Source of the DNA: a virus
Lineage: Duplodnaviria; Heunggongvirae; Uroviricota; Caudoviricetes
IMG/VR virus record: IMGVR_UViG_2713896898_000008
Span: 1-31,078 of that record
Length of the DNA stretch: 31,078 nt
Strand: one strand, 5' to 3'
The position numbers and the translations under genes were made by a program. Numbering within the stretch: position 1 is the stretch's first letter; every line of letters begins with the position of its first letter. Positions 27,680-31,078 of this stretch are shown piece after piece. Below the pieces are notes generated by a model that saw only the letters and a program-made list of their open reading frames with translations, had not been told where the DNA came from and did no database searches.

Positions 27680-28038
27680 ATACTTACTGCATCACACTAC
27701 CCTGGCCGCCGAGCAATAATCGCTATTACCGCCATAATCGCGGACGCACGCATATCAGCGCAGAGGGGCAGGCATACCGCGATAACGTCGCCCAAATCAT
27801 TAAAAACGCAATGCTGGATATCGGCCTGGCTATGCCAGTGAAAATCCGTATTGAGTGCCACATGCCGGATCGCCGTCGCCGTGACCTGGATAATCTGCAA
27901 AAAGCAGCTTTTGACGCACTCACCAAAGCAGGTTTCTGGCTGGATGATGCTCAGGTCGTTGATTATCGCGTTGTGAAGATGCCCGTTACCAAGGGTGGAA
28001 AGCTGGAGCTGACCATCACTGAACTGGGAGATGAATGA
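27676..28038 (+). CDS. rusA: RusA Holliday-junction resolvase
   Basis: GTG start; [104 protein letters not shown] matches E. coli RusA. Confidence 0.9.
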   Translation: MNTYCITLPWPPSNNRYYRHNRGRTHISAEGQAYRDNVAQIIKNAMLDIGLAMPVKIRIECHMPDRRRRDLDNLQKAAFDALTKAGFWLDDAQVVDYRVVKMPVTKGGKLELTITELGDE

Positions 28039-28175
28039 TGTTTGAGTCTTATATATCAGAACTCCTTCGCTGTCGCAGGGGGCTCCTGTGCTTATGTCGT
28101 TTCCCCGATTCGGTTTTGAACGATTACCGAATGTTGAAGAATTATGCCAAAACACTGAAAGGGACAATCGTATGA
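28035..28175 (+). CDS. ylcG: YlcG-like small protein (46 aa)
   Basis: not in ORF track; [43 protein letters not shown] resembles DLP12 YlcG between rusA and Q; ATG overlaps rusA stop. Confidence 0.45.
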   Translation: MMFESYISELLRCRRGLLCLCRFPDSVLNDYRMLKNYAKTLKGTIV

Positions 28176-28259
28176 AGCTGGGGATAACGATGGGTTTATA
28201 CCCTTTTATTGATTTTTGCTGGCAATTGGTGTGCTGGGCTGATTTTGTGGAGAAAGTTG

Positions 28260-28604
28260 ATGCGTGATATGTATGAAGTATTGGACCGCTGGGGAGCATG
28301 GGCTGCAGCAGACAACAGTGGTGTGGACTGGCAGCCGGTAGCAGCAGGCTTCAAGGGGCTTTTACCTCATGGCAAAAAGTCACGGATTCAGTGTGATGAT
28401 GACGAAGGCATTATGATAGACAGTTGTGTGGCTCGGTTGAGAAGGTATAAACCAGAGGAATATGAGCTCATCATAGCCCACTTTGTTATTGGTATCTCAT
28501 TACGCACTATTGCCAAAAAGAGAAGGTGCTCTGATGGCACTATTAGGAAGGAGTTGCAAACCGCAATCGGTTTTATAGAGGGGGTTGTAAGTATACTTGT
28601 GTAA
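28260..28604 (+). CDS. Q: late-gene antiterminator Q (phage 82 / QuuD-like)
   Basis: MRDMYEVLDRWGAWAA...FKGLLPHGKKSRIQCDDDEG...RRCSDGTIRKELQTAIGFIEG resembles Q82-type antiterminators; start at ATG 28260 with SD GGAG (track ORF 28209..28604). Confidence 0.7.
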   Translation: MRDMYEVLDRWGAWAAADNSGVDWQPVAAGFKGLLPHGKKSRIQCDDDEGIMIDSCVARLRRYKPEEYELIIAHFVIGISLRTIAKKRRCSDGTIRKELQTAIGFIEGVVSILV

Positions 28605-28610
28605 AATAAT

Positions 28611-28633
28611 AAAAGGCGGTAGTACCGCCTTAA
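28611..28633 (-). terminator. stem-loop terminator at the 3' end of the antisense cassette, abutting Q
   Basis: AAGGCGGTA-(3 nt)-TACCGCCTT; minus strand followed by TTATTATTTTAC; overlaps the stop codon of the 28630..29244 gene. Confidence 0.7.
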
Positions 28634-29244
28634 TGATCGAATCGTTGTATGTTTTCATGGAATCTACAAAAGTGAATAGATATTTTGAATAGTAAAATGT
28701 AGAAACCAACTTGACTTAAAGTTATGGCTTTGCATTTATCATTCAAGAGTTTTTGTAATTCTTCCGTTGGTAATTGGTATACATCATCAAGAAAAACGAT
28801 GCATTCTTCTAAGTTGTCTGATTCAGGAAGATAAAAAATATTAGTAATTAACTGCTTCCTTATAGCATCAATTTTGCTATCTATTGAAGTCTTAGAAACT
28901 CCGTTGGAGAGAAGAATAGCTTCGAACTTAGATAAACTTACTAACGGAGCAAAGACTGCACGCATTGGCACATCACGATTATTACTTGTATCTATATCGC
29001 AACTGTTGCTTAATATAATGCCTCGTGTTTTTTTAGTCCCTTTAATTGAATATACTGTAAGCTCCTTAAATATATCTCCCTGAAGTGCAGCATTTTTCAG
29101 ATCATCATGATAATTGCTAAGGTAGTAGTTAGTGTTTTCAGGGAAATCTCTAAGTGCATTTATTAGTCCTTCTTTTTGAGGAGCTGTTAAATAATATGGA
29201 ATTTGATCTTTGAATTTCTCGATATCAAAAATGTTATTACTCAT
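28630..29244 (-). CDS. hypothetical protein C of antisense cassette (204 aa)
   Basis: ATG 29244 directly follows the upstream stop (TAAGTGATG); AT-rich; no motif recognised. Confidence 0.55.
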   Translation of the reverse strand: MSNNIFDIEKFKDQIPYYLTAPQKEGLINALRDFPENTNYYLSNYHDDLKNAALQGDIFKELTVYSIKGTKKTRGIILSNSCDIDTSNNRDVPMRAVFAPLVSLSKFEAILLSNGVSKTSIDSKIDAIRKQLITNIFYLPESDNLEECIVFLDDVYQLPTEELQKLLNDKCKAITLSQVGFYILLFKISIHFCRFHENIQRFDH

Positions 29245-29247
29245 CAC

Positions 29248-29592
29248 TTAATCCAAGTATAAATCCCACAGTGAAGCATGAACGACTTTATTTATTTCAC
29301 TGCCTAAAGACACCTGGTTTGTTGATAATTTTTCATAAAAGTTTGTCATCGAGACTGCAAGTCTTTGATCAACTGAGATTGTGCTCCCTGCTTTATATGT
29401 TTGTGTGATGGAATGAACTGAATCGGTAGTTGAAGACTTATACTCCAAAGCGTGATTTTTGACGATTAAACTTTGTTGAGGACCATGCTGTTGATTTTGG
29501 GCAATGTCTGTTAATGCAGTTATATGCAGACTATATAAAACCAAAGTTAATACTTGAAGTTGAGCTCGATAAACATGATGAGACGGATACAT
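29248..29592 (-). CDS. hypothetical protein B of antisense cassette (114 aa, hydrophobic N-terminus)
   Basis: SD-like GGTGG upstream; 15-nt spacing from upstream gene stop; LQVLTLVLYSLHITAL hydrophobic segment. Confidence 0.5.
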   Translation of the reverse strand: MYPSHHVYRAQLQVLTLVLYSLHITALTDIAQNQQHGPQQSLIVKNHALEYKSSTTDSVHSITQTYKAGSTISVDQRLAVSMTNFYEKLSTNQVSLGSEINKVVHASLWDLYLD

Positions 29593-29607
29593 ATCATACC
29601 ACCATTT

Positions 29608-30357
29608 CTATTTGTAGGATGGTTCTAGTTCTTGAATTGTTGACTCTTTAAGGCAACTAAAGAAAGCTAATTTATTACAGGCGTGAAGATCATCAAGAAT
29701 TTTTTTGGGTTCGTTTTTAAACTTATCTATTTCATCAGTATTAGTGATTTGCCTAATGCTGTCTATGTCTAGGATTAGTCCTTTTTTATTAAATTCTCCA
29801 TTATCTGACATGACTAAAGCATGAGATAATATTTGAATTATATTTAGAAATGCGCCTTCATTTTTATCGATTCTGATATTGATCGGATAATTAGACATAG
29901 ACTCGCCAGCCATATTTAAGCTGACGTTTAGCTTATCAAATAAATTAGAATCGTCTTCTTTTGGGAAAAAATCTACATACTTTAATGAGTAGCGGATGAT
30001 GTTGTCATTTAAATTTAATTTGTTAAGCTCATTTAATACATGAATGATTTTTTCTCTAAAATGACTCCACCCTTGATATTTGGTGCTGGTGGATACAACA
30101 ACACCATGGTCACTTAGTCCAATATAGTACCCTTCGATTTCGAGGCGACTGACAACTGCGTAATGTAATTGTTCATCTCCCTCACGAACATTTTTAGGTA
30201 TTTGACTGGGTGGTAAACTAATTACTGGTTTTGTACAACCTAGAGCGTGAAAAAGAAACCCTGGAACTATTTCCGATATTTGTGTTTCTTTAGAAAAACG
30301 CATTTCGAAAGCAGCTTCGATTACTGGTTGTTTTGATAGAGATGTTGGAATGAGCAT
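29608..30357 (-). CDS. hypothetical protein A of antisense cassette (249 aa)
   Basis: first gene of tightly packed three-gene minus-strand operon; AT-rich; no motif recognised. Confidence 0.55.
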   Translation of the reverse strand: MLIPTSLSKQPVIEAAFEMRFSKETQISEIVPGFLFHALGCTKPVISLPPSQIPKNVREGDEQLHYAVVSRLEIEGYYIGLSDHGVVVSTSTKYQGWSHFREKIIHVLNELNKLNLNDNIIRYSLKYVDFFPKEDDSNLFDKLNVSLNMAGESMSNYPINIRIDKNEGAFLNIIQILSHALVMSDNGEFNKKGLILDIDSIRQITNTDEIDKFKNEPKKILDDLHACNKLAFFSCLKESTIQELEPSYK

Positions 30358-30584
30358 TTAAAACCCATAGTATGTTTTATGAGCTGATTGGATTTTGAGC
30401 ATAGCTACCGCACGAATCTTCGAGGAAGATCCAAACATGTGCCTAATGTCGCATCATGCTCAAGGCGGCATAAATTTTGTTTACTGAGTATAAGATTAAC
30501 AACCATTAACTTCCATCAAAAATGCTAACGCGTACGCAAAAACTATTGTATCGTGTTAAGAGTGGTCACTTCGCCACACAGCTT

Positions 30585-30615
30585 AAACCCGCCGTCGAGC
30601 GGGTTTGTCGTTTCT
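30585..30615 (+). terminator. stem-loop upstream of the holin gene (possible tR'-like leader terminator)
   Basis: AAACCCGC-CGTCGA-GCGGGTTT followed by GTCGTTTCT; lies where lambdoid phages carry pR'/qut/tR'. Confidence 0.4.
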
Positions 30616-30757
30616 GGACCCGGCTATTTGTTGAGCCTGGTCTATACCGCAGTTATCCATTGGCTCGGCCTCTTTTACGTTTCCGCTTCTGATTTGCGGT
30701 ACATGATGTTCCCTCAATTTGCACCTCCTGTATTGGCGAGGTGAGAGATAACTACAA

Positions 30758-31078
30758 ATGCCTCATAACCCAAATACCTGGCTGGAGTTGGTCCAGAGCT
30801 GGTGGCGTGGAGACACACCGCTGGGCGCAGTGATTATGTCGATTGTTATGGCTGGTTTACGTATTGCCTATTTTGGCGGTGGTGGCGGCTGGAAGCGAAA
30901 AACACTCGAAATTCTACTCTGTGGCGCTCTGACGCTGACTTTTGCATCCGCTCTTGAGTATGTCGGATGGCCTAAATCACTATCTGTTGCCATTGGTGGT
31001 GGGGTGGGGCTGATCGGTGTCGATGCTATTCGTGGGGCTGCAATGAGAGTAATCGGTAACAAGTTTGGTGGCTCTAAG
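30758..31078 (+). CDS. lambda S-family holin (3' end lies beyond the window; open to the last base)
   Basis: 107 codons with no stop; hydrophobic segments; ...LRIAYFGGGGG...LSVAIGGGVGLIGVDAIRGAAMR parallels lambda S ...LRGRYNGGAF...SVFIGYIGTDSIGSLIKR; first gene after Q and the late leader. Confidence 0.65.
   Translation, partial: MPHNPNTWLELVQSWWRGDTPLGAVIMSIVMAGLRIAYFGGGGGWKRKTLEILLCGALTLTFASALEYVGWPKSLSVAIGGGVGLIGVDAIRGAAMRVIGNKFGGSK

Noticed and set aside
27613-28038. 141-aa version of rusA with upstream extension
   Set aside because: Extension overlaps ybcO; the GTG at 27676 gives the canonical 120-aa RusA.
26130-28299. ORFs 26130..26351, 26780..27013, 27166..27672, 27248..27586, 27387..27641, 27697..28299, 27726..27926
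   Set aside because: Antisense or alternate-frame overlaps of the lipoprotein, ninB, ybcO and rusA genes.
28500-29083. ORFs 28500..28709 and 28874..29083
   Set aside because: Overlap Q or the antisense cassette in the wrong orientation.
30553-31062. ORFs 30553..30744 (+) and 30868..31062 (-)
   Set aside because: The first spans the hairpin leader with no SD; the second is antisense to the holin gene.

Overview
The window is a mosaic lambdoid prophage (or phage) early region in standard prophage orientation, flanked on the left by about 12 kb of accessory DNA. All calls rest on reading the six-frame translations and the DNA by eye; no searches or computations were run, and AT-richness is judged visually. 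The lambdoid part runs from int/xis (12.4-13.7 kb) through Dam methylase, exo-bet-gam, a pL-like promoter, cI, cro, O with ori iterons, P, ren, a nin/rusA/Q block and the start of an S-type holin at the right edge. Four cargo insertions interrupt this backbone: (1) a translationally coupled two-gene module (nucleotidyltransferase-like protein plus a 310-aa unknown) in the rexA/rexB position between cI and pL; (2) a membrane-anchored WYL-like protein; (3) a large serine recombinase with an adjacent lipoprotein and a frameshifted Bro-N gene; (4) a three-gene antisense AT-rich cassette between Q and the lysis genes. Modules (1) and (4) are the best candidates for an undescribed anti-phage system. 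The left 12 kb carries a small serine recombinase, an iteron/AT-rich/palindrome block, small regulatory-like genes, a five-gene operon of unrecognised proteins and a second tyrosine integrase abutting the lambdoid int; it looks like a separate or nested mobile element.
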